In this document: positions 23,908 to 34,783 of the stretch, in pieces
Numbering within the stretch: position 1 is the stretch's first letter
Layout: each line of letters begins with the position of its first letter
Source: Nitrosopumilus sp.
GTDB lineage: Archaea; Thermoproteota; Nitrososphaeria; Nitrososphaerales; Nitrosopumilaceae
Direction of reading: 5' to 3'
Length of the DNA: 64,000 bases
Assembly (NCBI GenBank): GCA_965207445.1
Contig: CBDBLX010000002.1
Coordinates: 1,687,849-1,751,848 of the forward strand
Program-made: the position numbers and the translations under genes
The notes under the pieces: model-generated
Seen by the model: the letters and a program-made list of their open reading frames with translations, nothing else
The model's database searches: none
What the model was told of the DNA's origin: nothing

Positions 23908-24852
23908 TTAGAGATTTCCTGCCTTTATATCCTCAAGGCATTTTACAATATCATCTTTTGATATTGGTATTGGATTTGGATCAAGGTGTCCCCTATCAGT
24001 CATGACAACATCAGCTGCCTCGGACACATCTGCTTTTAGATCAAGTTTGTCAAATCCTAGCTTGTCCATTGCCTCTTTGAATCGATCATAAAAGACAGAT
24101 TTGTTGTGCTTGTGAGCTACAGTGGTGCAAGAGGATAGTGAATAGCCATGTGGAACGCCTTCGTTTGAAAAGACATATGACAAAGCGTGTCCAAGTGTAG
24201 TAGAGCAGTTACCAAATCCCATGCCAGATAACATAGAGCCGTATGGATAGTCTTGTGGTCTATCTTCCATGATTGCACTGTACAGTATATCAAATGCTTG
24301 CTTGCACAAGGTTCTAGTCATATCATTGCCAAGTTTGCTATCATACCCTTCTGTTGCCTGAGCACATGCATCACACACAGAATTTTTTATCACTTGTTCT
24401 GGTGTCCCATCCATAAAGTACGAATCAACCACTGCCATATCTGCCAAGAATCTATCTTCTCGCAATAGTTTCTTTTTTCCATCAAATTTGAGCACGCAAT
24501 ATGTAGTCATCTCAGCACCAGTCCCAAAAGTAGTTGGAATCAGAATCTTTTCTTTCTTCATCTCAGGTGCAGCATATTTTACCACATCTAGTGAACTCCC
24601 ACCGCCCAATCCGATTAAAACGGATGGATTCTTGTCTTTGAATTGAGATATTACAGCATTGACATCGTCAATTGATGGTTCTGGTGTCACCTTATCATAT
24701 AGCATATAGTCAGTTATACCCATCTTTGCAATCCATTTGTCAGATAGTTCAGGAGGTACTGTAGTGACTATTAGTGCATTTTTAGGATATTCGGTCTGAC
24801 CCAAAGCATCCTCGCCAAAGTTTATGATCTTTGGAATACGCATAGTGTGCAT
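23908..24852 (-). CDS. Iron-containing alcohol dehydrogenase family; likely malonic semialdehyde reductase of the 3HP/4HB carbon-fixation cycle
   Basis: GLGGGSSLD, IPTTFGTGAE, HALSY; recalled close resemblance to the Nitrosopumilus enzyme (not searched). Confidence 0.8.
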   Translation of the reverse strand: MHTMRIPKIINFGEDALGQTEYPKNALIVTTVPPELSDKWIAKMGITDYMLYDKVTPEPSIDDVNAVISQFKDKNPSVLIGLGGGSSLDVVKYAAPEMKKEKILIPTTFGTGAEMTTYCVLKFDGKKKLLREDRFLADMAVVDSYFMDGTPEQVIKNSVCDACAQATEGYDSKLGNDMTRTLCKQAFDILYSAIMEDRPQDYPYGSMLSGMGFGNCSTTLGHALSYVFSNEGVPHGYSLSSCTTVAHKHNKSVFYDRFKEAMDKLGFDKLDLKADVSEAADVVMTDRGHLDPNPIPISKDDIVKCLEDIKAGNL

Positions 24853-24902
24853 AAGTATCAGTTAAAATATTCACTATTATACCTTGCATTCATATCTAAA
24901 AT

Positions 24903-26351
24903 GTGATAATTAATAAAAAAGAACTAGTGTCAACAAACGACAAGCGAGAAGACTGTTTACGTATAATAGAGGCAGGCATGTCAGCGGCCAACCCTGCATT
25001 ATTCATGCACCTATATTTGAGTCATGATAAGATTAAGCCATCAAATGGGAATGGTGGTAATGGTAATGATATCATACATCTTGACAAGTATAGTGAGATA
25101 CATACAGTTGCATTTGGTAAAGCAGCAGATACAATGACAAGTGCTGTAAATACCATACTCAAAGACAGATTAACAAGTGGCATTATCATAATGCCAAAAC
25201 ATATCAAATCAGCAAGTAAGAGTAAGAAATTTCGAATCTTCAATGCCAAACACCCCACACCAGATAAAACAAGTGTAAAAGCAGCAAAAGAAACAATCAA
25301 GTTTTTGCAAGCAAGGCGAGACGGCGAGCTAGTAATATTTTTGATCTCAGGTGGCGGTTCCTCATTACTTGCATTACCAAAAGATGTTACACTCGGAGAA
25401 AAGATACACGTGACAAATTTACTTTTAAAATCAGGTGCTACAATACAAGAATTCAATTGTGTAAGAAAGTGTCTATCAAAAGTCAAAGGGGGCAAACTTG
25501 CAAAATATCTGAAATGTGACGGTGTTGGTCTCTTAATGTCAGATGTTCAAGGTAGAGATGACTTGTCAAGTATTGCATCAGGGCCTACCATATCTACCAA
25601 TCACATAAAAGAGCACACACAATATCAAGACGCACTTGACATACTAACAAAATACAATCTAGTAAAAAAGGTAGGGAATATGGTCATAAATGTACTATAT
25701 AAAAATGCTCAACTACCCACAACAAACAAAACATCAAAGTCAGTCACACAGACACAAGATACAACAGTCTCAGCAAAATCAATATGCAATCCACAAACAC
25801 ATACCAACCGCATGATTGGAAATTATATTATTGCAAAAAACTCAGATTGCACAAACAAGATGATAGAGACTGCAAAGAGTCTAGGGTACAGCATATCAGA
25901 CATGTCACCCATACAGGTAGTGGGAGACATTAAAGAGGCAGCAGATGTCATATACAGAGCAATTCCACAAAATAAACACAATTGCCTTGTATTTGGAGGC
26001 GAGACAACGGTAAAGATATTGGGCAATGGTAAGGGAGGAAGAAATCAAGAACTAGTATTACGTTTGCTCAAAAAGTCACAAAACACCAAGTATAATCAAA
26101 AAAGACTCAACGTTACATTTGCATCTGTTGGAACAGACGGTATTGATGGAAATTCAATATATGCAGGTGCCATATCAGATAATGAATACGTGGATCTAAA
26201 CTTGATAAATACTGCAATCAAAAATAGTGATTCAAGTGGGTTTTTTGAGAAACGTAGAAAGAACAAGGATGGGAAAATTATTCCCCCCTCGTTGATCAGA
26301 ACCGGCCCCACGCACACAAATCTAACAGATATTGGTGTAATACTTACATGA
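24903..26351 (+). CDS. Glycerate 2-kinase (MOFRL/DUF4147)
   Basis: FGKAA, ISGGGSSL, GGETTV, GGRNQE, GTDGIDG, TGPTHTNLTD. Confidence 0.92.
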   Translation: MIINKKELVSTNDKREDCLRIIEAGMSAANPALFMHLYLSHDKIKPSNGNGGNGNDIIHLDKYSEIHTVAFGKAADTMTSAVNTILKDRLTSGIIIMPKHIKSASKSKKFRIFNAKHPTPDKTSVKAAKETIKFLQARRDGELVIFLISGGGSSLLALPKDVTLGEKIHVTNLLLKSGATIQEFNCVRKCLSKVKGGKLAKYLKCDGVGLLMSDVQGRDDLSSIASGPTISTNHIKEHTQYQDALDILTKYNLVKKVGNMVINVLYKNAQLPTTNKTSKSVTQTQDTTVSAKSICNPQTHTNRMIGNYIIAKNSDCTNKMIETAKSLGYSISDMSPIQVVGDIKEAADVIYRAIPQNKHNCLVFGGETTVKILGNGKGGRNQELVLRLLKKSQNTKYNQKRLNVTFASVGTDGIDGNSIYAGAISDNEYVDLNLINTAIKNSDSSGFFEKRRKNKDGKIIPPSLIRTGPTHTNLTDIGVILT

Positions 26352-26641
26352 TGTAAAATTATTTTTTTATATATATAGGAGATGTAATGTATATCAACTT
26401 TTAATCATTAAATTCAAAAGAAATATTGAAAACGCTTTGAGAATGCACATCTAGTTGTATAAAAAAAGTAGTAATGATAATTCAATGAAATCTACAGTAT
26501 ATAGTGATATTCATAAATTCTGGTACAACGAAAAAACCATGCACGATAATTTTTAGCAGATATCTTCATAGTTGCTCAGTAATTCAAATTTGGCATATTT
26601 TTGAAAAGTAAAATGTAAAAAATGTGGTGTCGGGACTCTGA

Positions 26642-26759
26642 TGCATAGTAGTTTCATTAAAGATCCGATAGTTTTCTAATATTTTGTATTCATAATACAT
26701 GTTCAACTTTGAGATGAATATCAATCAAAATATCGGATCTTTAATCATATCAGTATGCA
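26642..26759. mobile_element. About 118-bp MITE, family B (ATTAAAGATCCGAT TIR core)
   Basis: Near-identical to 52098-52214; shares ends with 18936 and 20690. Confidence 0.85.
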
Positions 26760-26785
26760 CATGTGCGCTAACACGTGACTGGACA

Positions 26786-26932
26786 TGTCAGTAGTTCGCA
26801 ATGTGCCAATTTTTAATGATCTTATTTCTAATTATGCAGTGCGGCAGATTTACAATGGCAAGTAACCGCCGTGCTCTAATTCCCACCGAAGCAGTCTTCT
26901 GATTGATCCGGCAATTGAATCCATAAATTATT
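26786..26932. repeat. IS-end relic starting TGTCAGTAGTTCG
   Basis: Reverse complement of 51289-51430 and 18250-18393. Confidence 0.75.
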
Positions 26933-27187
26933 CATTGTGAGTAATTTTTCATCTGCAAGTCCGTCGTAATTTTCGTATCTTGTTATTGCCCACAATCCAT
27001 ATAACAACATTTCAAAAAAATATCAACAGTAATCAGACTTGCAAGGCGTTGTTAGTTGTTTTTGGAGTTATGTTTTTTATCACTATAATTCCGTCTCTAT
27101 TATCCAGCGCTTGCGATAAGTCGGGAATTACACACTAGTTCACTTTGACCCGATGCGGGCAGTTAATTCGCCTCCGAGCCGCTGCTG

Positions 27188-29986
27188 TTATTCGCGCGCC
27201 GCCAGCGCGTTGGCAATCTGCGGCCATAGTGGGCTGCTGTACTTTTCTGCATTGGTTTGCGCCTCTGCTGCGGTCATCGGGTTTGAGTGGTCAATCTCAC
27301 CAAAGGCAGCTAGAACGCGGTTCCACCTGTCCACGTGCGCGTCGCCGTGGTGCGTCTGTGCCGCCAGCTCCCTGACGCTGTTGATCAGAGCAGGGTCTAT
27401 GGCAGGCGGCGTGTCAGGCTCGGTCGGTACGTCAGGCGGCGTCTGCGGATCGTCCTGTTCTGCTACTACTGCCGCCGCCTCTAGCAATGTCAGCACGTCG
27501 ACAATCTGCGGCCATAGTGGGCTGCTGTACTTTTCTGCATTGGTTTGCGCCTCTGCTGCGGTCATCGGGTTTGAGTGGTCAATCTCACCAAAGGCAGCTA
27601 GAACGCGGTTCCACCTGTCCACGTGCGCGTCGCCGTGCTGCGTCTGGGACGCCATCGCGGTCACGTTGGCGATCAGCGCTGGGTCTATGACGACTGCCGT
27701 CAGATTCTGCGCCTGGGTGAGCTTGTCGTACACGGGCGGCTGCATCAGGCTTGACGTCGTCCCGGCGTCCTGGACGTCCACGGTCCAGCTTGCAAATTGG
27801 CCCGGCGTGTAGCCGACGCCTGGATTTATCGTGAGCGTAACATTGTTGACGTCTATGACGCCGTCGTTTATGGTCGGAACCTCCAGCGTATACGAGCCGA
27901 TCGGTGGGATCTCCACGATGCGCCAGCCCACGTCAGATACGTTGAGTACGTTCCCGGCGTCCGAAAGGGTGACGTTGACTGGCAAAGGCGACTGCAGGGG
28001 GAGGGGGGCTGCGCCGATGCTAAATGAGACGGGATCGCCCTCCGAGCCGCCGCTCGATATACCGATTGAGACTGTAGTCGGGGGAGGGGGGCTGCCGCTG
28101 CCCAGCGGGCCTGGGTCGTCGTCTAGCACAGCAAGTGTTACACTTGAGGGTTGTCCGATTCTATAGTTGCCTGGCTTTATTGTAATTGTAACGGTGCCGT
28201 CAGGCTCATCGACAGCGTCAGGTCCACGTGACACTACTGTATATACACCGGATGATCTCTCATTGCCCATCGGAATATTTTGAGTCTTGTCACCCAACGT
28301 GAGCGCACCAAAAGAATCCCCGGTCTGGGCCAGGTTAAAATTGACAGTAATGTCCTCAGAGTCGCACGTGTATTTTGTGGTGAATATATCAGCTAAAGCG
28401 AAGGAATTTCCCTCATATACCGTCATGTTGTTGACTTTATTAGCTGACTCAATAGCATCAGTGTTGATGTACACAGCCGGGCTGTCGGCCTCGCCTAGCG
28501 TTATAGTCTTGGTCGTCGCGGTACCTTCCTTTATCTGGTAGCCGGGGCCGTCGAGCAGCTCGAATGTTATCTCGTTTCTGCTCCCAGAGTTGGGGTTGCA
28601 GTCAGTCGTAGTGGGCAGAACATCATAAAAGGATGAACCATACGCTGCAAGCGTGCGCGTCTCGCCATTTTGATTGGTAGTGAGCGCCTGACCGTGCGTT
28701 GTGTATTTTATTGCTATAGTATCGTCGCCTCCGGGGGTGCGAGTTTCACCCGGCTCAGTATACGGAGATACGCCAGAACGATACGGCTCTATATCAAAAC
28801 GAACTATCACATTATCACCCTCAAAGGAACTCTTATCCAACACATGCATGCTTATGCACGGGTTATTGTGGGTGCACTCCTGGGATGGGGGCGGGGGAGA
28901 ATCATTGTCACGTACGGTAAAGGTGATGCTTTTCGAATTGGTCAGATGATAGTCCCGAAGTCCTTTGGTGCTCGGAAGCAATGTTATCGTAACGGTGCCA
29001 TCAGACTCGACAGTGTCATCATCTATAGTAGTAAGTTCAAACCGGTGCATTCCTATCTCGTTCACCTGCATGTCACCCGTCTGACCTGGAGATAGATAAT
29101 TCCCACTGGCAGTGATTCGATAGTTGAATTGACCTTCCCTATCCCCCAGATTGAGGAACAATAGAACACTAATAGTGTCGCCCTCAGTAATCGTAATAGG
29201 ACCCTCATTGTTAACCCATAAATTCGGTATTCTCACGGTTGTGGGTGGGTTGTTGTTGTCAGCAATTTTAAAAATTGGTGATATGCCATAAGAGTACCGG
29301 TCAGACTGGAAGTGCTGGCCGTGCTCGTTCCTGCTGCCATCCGACGCGCCCGGCGTGCCGCCGGCGTAAAAGTCATCGTAATTGTCAGCTATTTTACTCC
29401 CACCAAGCCAGTAGACGGGGACCCCAGGGTATTGCGTAAAGGTATGCGCTCTGACGTCGTCGCGGTCGGAGTGCCCAAAGTGCAGTACGCGAAAGTGGTC
29501 GTGCAATTCCCGCAGCGGCGAGGGTTCCGGCCTTGGAACGTTTACCGTCCGCTTATACATATAATAGCAATAATCCACGCCGTTTTCAGTTATGTCAGTT
29601 CCCTCACCGTTATTGTTCCTTTCAACAATATTCCAATAGACATCCGAGCTGACCATCTGGCCATAATAACTATAACATTGAACAGCAGGATCGTCGGTTA
29701 TACGGTAGTATGTAGCCTTGCCGTACGTAAAGATGTTAGATGATTCAATCAGGCCCTGTATCTTTGCATCCGTAAATGAATGTCCGGCAGATGGCGTGAA
29801 CAGCAGCCTGAACGTGTCCCCGACTGCCAGGCCGTCAGGTGCGTAGGCCCAGTCCTGGGGTACGTCGAATACCACATAGGCGTGCGCGTCTTCTGCCGAT
29901 GTCGCCACCGCGAGCGCGCCAAGTACCGCCAGGGCCGCCAGCGCGCACGTCCTCAGGGCGCGCGTGCGCAGTCCCCCCCCCCCCAC
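27188..29986 (-). CDS. Large secreted/surface protein with Calx-beta/Ig-like repeats and a duplicated C-terminal domain
   Basis: Signal peptide; TIDDDTVESDGTVTITL and DAVDEPDGTVTITI motifs; GC-rich; 145-bp internal duplication. Confidence 0.7.
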   Translation of the reverse strand: MGGGGLRTRALRTCALAALAVLGALAVATSAEDAHAYVVFDVPQDWAYAPDGLAVGDTFRLLFTPSAGHSFTDAKIQGLIESSNIFTYGKATYYRITDDPAVQCYSYYGQMVSSDVYWNIVERNNNGEGTDITENGVDYCYYMYKRTVNVPRPEPSPLRELHDHFRVLHFGHSDRDDVRAHTFTQYPGVPVYWLGGSKIADNYDDFYAGGTPGASDGSRNEHGQHFQSDRYSYGISPIFKIADNNNPPTTVRIPNLWVNNEGPITITEGDTISVLLFLNLGDREGQFNYRITASGNYLSPGQTGDMQVNEIGMHRFELTTIDDDTVESDGTVTITLLPSTKGLRDYHLTNSKSITFTVRDNDSPPPPSQECTHNNPCISMHVLDKSSFEGDNVIVRFDIEPYRSGVSPYTEPGETRTPGGDDTIAIKYTTHGQALTTNQNGETRTLAAYGSSFYDVLPTTTDCNPNSGSRNEITFELLDGPGYQIKEGTATTKTITLGEADSPAVYINTDAIESANKVNNMTVYEGNSFALADIFTTKYTCDSEDITVNFNLAQTGDSFGALTLGDKTQNIPMGNERSSGVYTVVSRGPDAVDEPDGTVTITIKPGNYRIGQPSSVTLAVLDDDPGPLGSGSPPPPTTVSIGISSGGSEGDPVSFSIGAAPLPLQSPLPVNVTLSDAGNVLNVSDVGWRIVEIPPIGSYTLEVPTINDGVIDVNNVTLTINPGVGYTPGQFASWTVDVQDAGTTSSLMQPPVYDKLTQAQNLTAVVIDPALIANVTAMASQTQHGDAHVDRWNRVLAAFGEIDHSNPMTAAEAQTNAEKYSSPLWPQIVDVLTLLEAAAVVAEQDDPQTPPDVPTEPDTPPAIDPALINSVRELAAQTHHGDAHVDRWNRVLAAFGEIDHSNPMTAAEAQTNAEKYSSPLWPQIANALAARE

Positions 29987-30337
29987 CGGAGAGAGTGTTT
30001 GCCGCCGGCGCGTGCATACAAAAACGGTGACTTGTAATAATCTTCATGTCATATTTACAAACCACATATTATTAAAAGTATCGAATATATTAACGTGTTG
30101 TATAATTTAGTTAATCAGGTATTCAAACCTACAAATTTTGCCAAAATATAACTGATTATATAAAAACTCTAAATTGGATAAATCACGTCATGTACATTTT
30201 TGAGTTTTGGTGACTGTATAATTTATAATCATATGAAAATTCTTTATTATTTTGTTACATGTATCAAAAGTAATATAAAAATAATAATTTCAAGACGGTA
30301 ATTAATTGCTTTAATATGATGTTTGCATAGTATATGT

Positions 30338-30661
30338 ATGCTTGAAAAAGAGTTCAGACCAGATAAATTATATGGTAAAATAATTAAATATTATATAGAT
30401 AGAAAAGGATATGACAAGTCAAGGGCAAACTCTATTGCACAAAAGATTGTTAGAAAAGAGACACAGCGTAGAATATGTAAAACAAAAGGATGCGGCCACT
30501 TTGCGCATGACCACATAAGAAATACAGGTGTGTGTCTTGTAAGTAGATGCAACTGCTCTGCATTTACAAATAAAGAAAGTTCACACAAACCAACCACAAC
30601 ATCTAGTAGTATAATTGAGGAAGATGAATCAACTACAGATACAACATTAACAGCAGCATAG
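30338..30661 (+). CDS. Hypothetical protein with a Cys/His Zn-binding motif
   Basis: CKTKGCGH...H...C...CNC. Confidence 0.6.
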   Translation: MLEKEFRPDKLYGKIIKYYIDRKGYDKSRANSIAQKIVRKETQRRICKTKGCGHFAHDHIRNTGVCLVSRCNCSAFTNKESSHKPTTTSSSIIEEDESTTDTTLTAA

Positions 30662-30668
30662 AAAACGC

Positions 30669-30812
30669 ATGAACCAAGCTCTTTGGGTGCAATAATTAAA
30701 TCACATATTTGTATTGGTTACATCTCTGTCTGCATATCAAGTATCATATATGCGATGCATTTGATTAGAAATTATTTTTGAATGATTACATTAGTCATAA
30801 AACTTGGTTCAC
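30669..30812. mobile_element. MITE family C copy (inverted)
   Basis: ATGAACCAAG...CTTGGTTCAC. Confidence 0.7.
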
Positions 30813-30850
30813 ATATACAACAATAACAACAACAACAAAAATAAAAAGAA

Positions 30851-31825
30851 TCAAGATGCAAGTGATTCTGCCACAATACCCATATTTTGCAAAGTATGTG
30901 CAAACTCATCTACAAATCCATGTGTTGTGTATACCATCTTTGCACCAGACAAGCGCACCATACGAACTAGTTCTGTATAATCACAATGGTCACTCATTTG
31001 AATAGAGTAGTCTGCTTTGCATCCAAACGGGTAACGAGTAGATCGTGCCCATCCACTAAATCCTATCGTAACTGCACCGTATTTGGATTTCATATCTTGA
31101 ATGAACTTTGTCTTTTCTGAGAATGGAGGTGATATCATGACCCACGGTCGTCGCGCAAGCAATCCTTGTGACTCGGCATCCGCATACCCAATTCCACCAC
31201 TCAAAGATATACCAAGTTTTTCATGTAAGTTATTCATCTCTAAAACAGAGTCATAAAAGTAAAGAGGTTTCCAATGGCCAAACAAGTCAGTCAAAGTCTG
31301 AGCTTTTCCCAATTGATATCCCATCAATATGACAGGCACACCACGCTCATATAGTTGCGATATGAGTTTATTTGTCTGCTCAACTGCATCTCTAATACTC
31401 AAAAACGTAAATTCAGGCAGTCCAAAAGTACACTCTGTTATGAGTATTTTGCATTTTGGTACCCTTGCACCTTGCAAAAAACCCCTACTGCGAGTACAAA
31501 TGTCACCTGTATAAAAAATATCATCAAATAATAGTCCCCTAGAACCTAAAATATGGCCGCTGTCGATGAGTTCAAATCCATCCATATTCTCTACATGGTT
31601 CTTCATATCAAATCCTCTCAAACGTGCAATTTCTTGTGTGTGATGTGATGAGAGTATAACTGTATTTTGATTGTAATTATTCTTAATGGTAGGTAGATGG
31701 TCCATATGAGCATGTGATACAAAGTTTAACATATTGGAATTCAGAGTCTTGGGGTCAAGCATGATCTCGTGTGTTTTTGTTTTGCAATGTATGCCGTTTT
31801 TAGTCATCTTTATCAGAGTAGACAT
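30851..31825 (-). CDS. Metallo-beta-lactamase-fold (beta-CASP-like) exonuclease
   Basis: SHAHMDH, SGHILGS, YTGD, SDHCDY. Confidence 0.9.
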   Translation of the reverse strand: MSTLIKMTKNGIHCKTKTHEIMLDPKTLNSNMLNFVSHAHMDHLPTIKNNYNQNTVILSSHHTQEIARLRGFDMKNHVENMDGFELIDSGHILGSRGLLFDDIFYTGDICTRSRGFLQGARVPKCKILITECTFGLPEFTFLSIRDAVEQTNKLISQLYERGVPVILMGYQLGKAQTLTDLFGHWKPLYFYDSVLEMNNLHEKLGISLSGGIGYADAESQGLLARRPWVMISPPFSEKTKFIQDMKSKYGAVTIGFSGWARSTRYPFGCKADYSIQMSDHCDYTELVRMVRLSGAKMVYTTHGFVDEFAHTLQNMGIVAESLAS

Positions 31826-31885
31826 GAAGGCAGAGGCAGATCACTCTGATTTTAATGAGTCTAAATCTTTTTTCAGTTATCAACA

Positions 31886-34026
31886 GGGTCTTCTGCGTTA
31901 ATCGTTGGTAACTGAAATCTGGCAAGTTCCGTAGGTATACTCATGGCGTGGTTGAATAAGCTTTTTAAAAATTCACAATTTAAAATCTCACATAATGTAT
32001 AATTCTAGTGAATATTTTCTCAAAATATGAGTGTGCTGACATCGTTTTTGCACATGAACGTTAAATATACACGTCGTGAGATCTCATTGAGATAGAAAAA
32101 ATGAGACCAAAGAGTGTACAACAAAAGATTACTGATTATGAATTTAACCCTGATGGTGTTCAAGATTCAAATGATTTGGGACAAAAACGCCCAAAGTTAG
32201 ATCGTCTTAAACGATTTAGAGGATGGTTTACACTAAAACATGACAGGACAGTAAGACTAGCAACATGGATGCAAAAACGTGTCTCATGGAGCAAGGGCGC
32301 AGAAAAACGAGGCCAAAAAGCCATGCGTATACTGGAAAAACCAGAGAATATAACGTGCATTAAACCTGGTCATTATGCAGTCAAATCGCAGTCCCAACCA
32401 GGTCTGTGGTATGATGTTATCCGGAAATCCACCGGAAGATATGAGTGTAACTGCTTTGATTACGAATACAGAAAAGCTAAATGTAAACACATTTTGGCGG
32501 TGACGGCACATGTAGTGGACAATGAAGCAGAAAAAATTATGAAAAACGTATCGGAGACAGACAGTAAAGAGACAAACGTTACAAATCGTTGCACTACCAT
32601 TACAGAATATTGTACCAAAAAATACGATGGCGGTGATCAATTACCACACACAGAATCAAAGCAAGAAAAAGATACAGACACACAAACAAAATCTGAATTA
32701 TATGATGATAATGATGGTGAACAATTACCACACACAGAATCAAAGCAAGAAAAAGATACAGACACACAAACAAAATCTGAATTATATGATGATAATGGTG
32801 GTGATAATGGTGGTGATAATGGTGGTGATAATGGTGGTGATAATGGTGGTGATAATGGTGATAATGAATTTACAGATTCAATTGAGCCTACACACATCTA
32901 CCCCATAGATGAAAAACGCCCTCCAAAGTGTAAACACTGCAATAATACACACATAATCAAATATGGGACACAAGAATGGACTGTAAAAGAAACAGGCCAA
33001 AAAAAGAAAGAACAAAGATGGCAGTGTAGTAAAAAAGACGATTGTGGTGCAGTATTTGTATACAGAGCAGGCATGGAACGTATGCGTTGTAGCAAAAAAG
33101 ACGTAGCAGATATGTTAAATGATTATTTCAAAGGACACTCATCACCAGCAATTTCAGACACACTAAAATCCCAAGGACTAGAAAGACATCACACCAGCAT
33201 CCTCAGAACAATTGCAAAATACACCAAAATGATCAATACATACACAATGAACCTACCATTACCAAATCTTGGCGATAGATTTCATGTAGATGAAGTATAT
33301 GTAAAGATAGATAATAAAACGCATTATCTGTTTACTATAATTGACTACAAGACGCGGGTATTGCTTGCAATTGAACTGGGAGGTAAAAAGGATGAATTTA
33401 ATGCAACGAGCCTGTTTACAAATGCCGCAATACGTGCAAATAAGATACCCGTAGAGATTATCAGCGACGATCTTGACTCATACAAAGTTGCATTTAGAAT
33501 TGTATACGCACAACTTAGCCCACTTGATGATCACTGTGAGCACATTTCAGATCCTGATAAAATTACACAATTGCAACGACAAAAAAAGACACAATGTATA
33601 CACAAAGACAAAGCAGGAATAAGCAAAACTCATGACAAGGGAAACAACAATGTCATTGAAAGTTTTAACAATATACAGCGAATCTGTTACAATCCTCGAC
33701 GCGGAATCAAAAGCACAAAATCTACCATAGCCATGGGCTTTAGTGTGTGGTACAACTATGTACGTCCACATGGATCATTAGGAGGTACACCCGCAGAAGC
33801 AGCAGGAATAACAATACACGGCAATAACAAATGGATTACACTCATCGGCAATGCTGGCGTGGCAGCCATGGGAGGAGCAGTGGCCTGAGTCTGTACAACC
33901 TTGCCATGTGAATCCAAGGGTCTTGAGCCAGTCATGCAACGACGGTGATATTACGGGACGCATCAATGTCGCACAAGCGACAATGGTAGCAACGTGCAAG
34001 TTACCAACGATTAACGCAGAAGACCC
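31886..34026 (+). mobile_element. IS6-family element, intact
   Basis: 28-bp perfect TIR GGGTCTTCTGCGTTAATCGTTGGTAACT; 9-bp TSD TTATCAACA. Confidence 0.93.
32101..33888 (+). CDS. IS6-like DDE transposase with SWIM Zn finger and Zn ribbon
   Basis: CNCFD...CKH (SWIM), CKHC...C...C, HVDEVY, ISDDL, NNVIESFN. Confidence 0.88.
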   Translation: MRPKSVQQKITDYEFNPDGVQDSNDLGQKRPKLDRLKRFRGWFTLKHDRTVRLATWMQKRVSWSKGAEKRGQKAMRILEKPENITCIKPGHYAVKSQSQPGLWYDVIRKSTGRYECNCFDYEYRKAKCKHILAVTAHVVDNEAEKIMKNVSETDSKETNVTNRCTTITEYCTKKYDGGDQLPHTESKQEKDTDTQTKSELYDDNDGEQLPHTESKQEKDTDTQTKSELYDDNGGDNGGDNGGDNGGDNGGDNGDNEFTDSIEPTHIYPIDEKRPPKCKHCNNTHIIKYGTQEWTVKETGQKKKEQRWQCSKKDDCGAVFVYRAGMERMRCSKKDVADMLNDYFKGHSSPAISDTLKSQGLERHHTSILRTIAKYTKMINTYTMNLPLPNLGDRFHVDEVYVKIDNKTHYLFTIIDYKTRVLLAIELGGKKDEFNATSLFTNAAIRANKIPVEIISDDLDSYKVAFRIVYAQLSPLDDHCEHISDPDKITQLQRQKKTQCIHKDKAGISKTHDKGNNNVIESFNNIQRICYNPRRGIKSTKSTIAMGFSVWYNYVRPHGSLGGTPAEAAGITIHGNNKWITLIGNAGVAAMGGAVA

Positions 34027-34138
34027 TTATCAACAAAATAACATACATTATATGAGTTTGATAAATCTAGAGTGCTGATTAGCAAAGGTAACACAAGCCA
34101 CAATAATTAAAATAAAAATAGTAAATGAGTTTGCACAT

Positions 34139-34426
34139 TCACTCTAACATTTTAAATGTCAAACGAGTCGGATCAGCGTCCATCAAGGGCCTACCTTGAG
34201 CAAATATAGCATCATGTTCAGGACTGTTATGCATTGCAATAAAAGTATCTTTACTTTCATGCATGAATACTATTCTGTACATATGATTGTTTTGATGCGA
34301 ACAAAAGAGATGTCGTGACTTGAATCCAGGCATCTTTGAGACTACCTCATTTGATGATTTGAACCATTTTTGAAAATCATCATCACATTCATCCTTGACG
34401 CGTATATCTGCCATTACAACAAACAT
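34139..34426 (-). CDS. Antibiotic biosynthesis monooxygenase (ABM)-domain protein
   Basis: 95 aa; MPGFKSRHLF...HESKDTFIAMHNSPEH. Confidence 0.75.
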   Translation of the reverse strand: MFVVMADIRVKDECDDDFQKWFKSSNEVVSKMPGFKSRHLFCSHQNNHMYRIVFMHESKDTFIAMHNSPEHDAIFAQGRPLMDADPTRLTFKMLE

Positions 34427-34783
34427 GTTTGGCAGTCTTGTGCATCATTTATTGGTGTTATTATTGAAGATCATCTCAAGTGCTTGTAATTAATTGTCAG
34501 ATAGTTTATCATATATTTTTTAATATTTATTAATTGGTGTAATTGGTCATTATTTTCATGTAAATTAGTACCATGCAATACATTGTTCTAATTATACCAA
34601 TTCCAAATTGAGTAAAAATTCACACAATGATATTTGTCTTATTATATGCCAAGGATCCAAGTGTGCACAAGTATGGTTGAATTACACAAGTATGGTTGAA
34701 TCATACCACATTACCAATGCAGTACCAAACAAAACACAAAAGCAGTAGATACAACTTAATACGTACAAGGGAAATGAACTGTA

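Noticed and set aside
27153..27812. 219-aa ORF with an internal repeat
   Set aside because: Antisense shadow of the GC-rich surface-protein gene.
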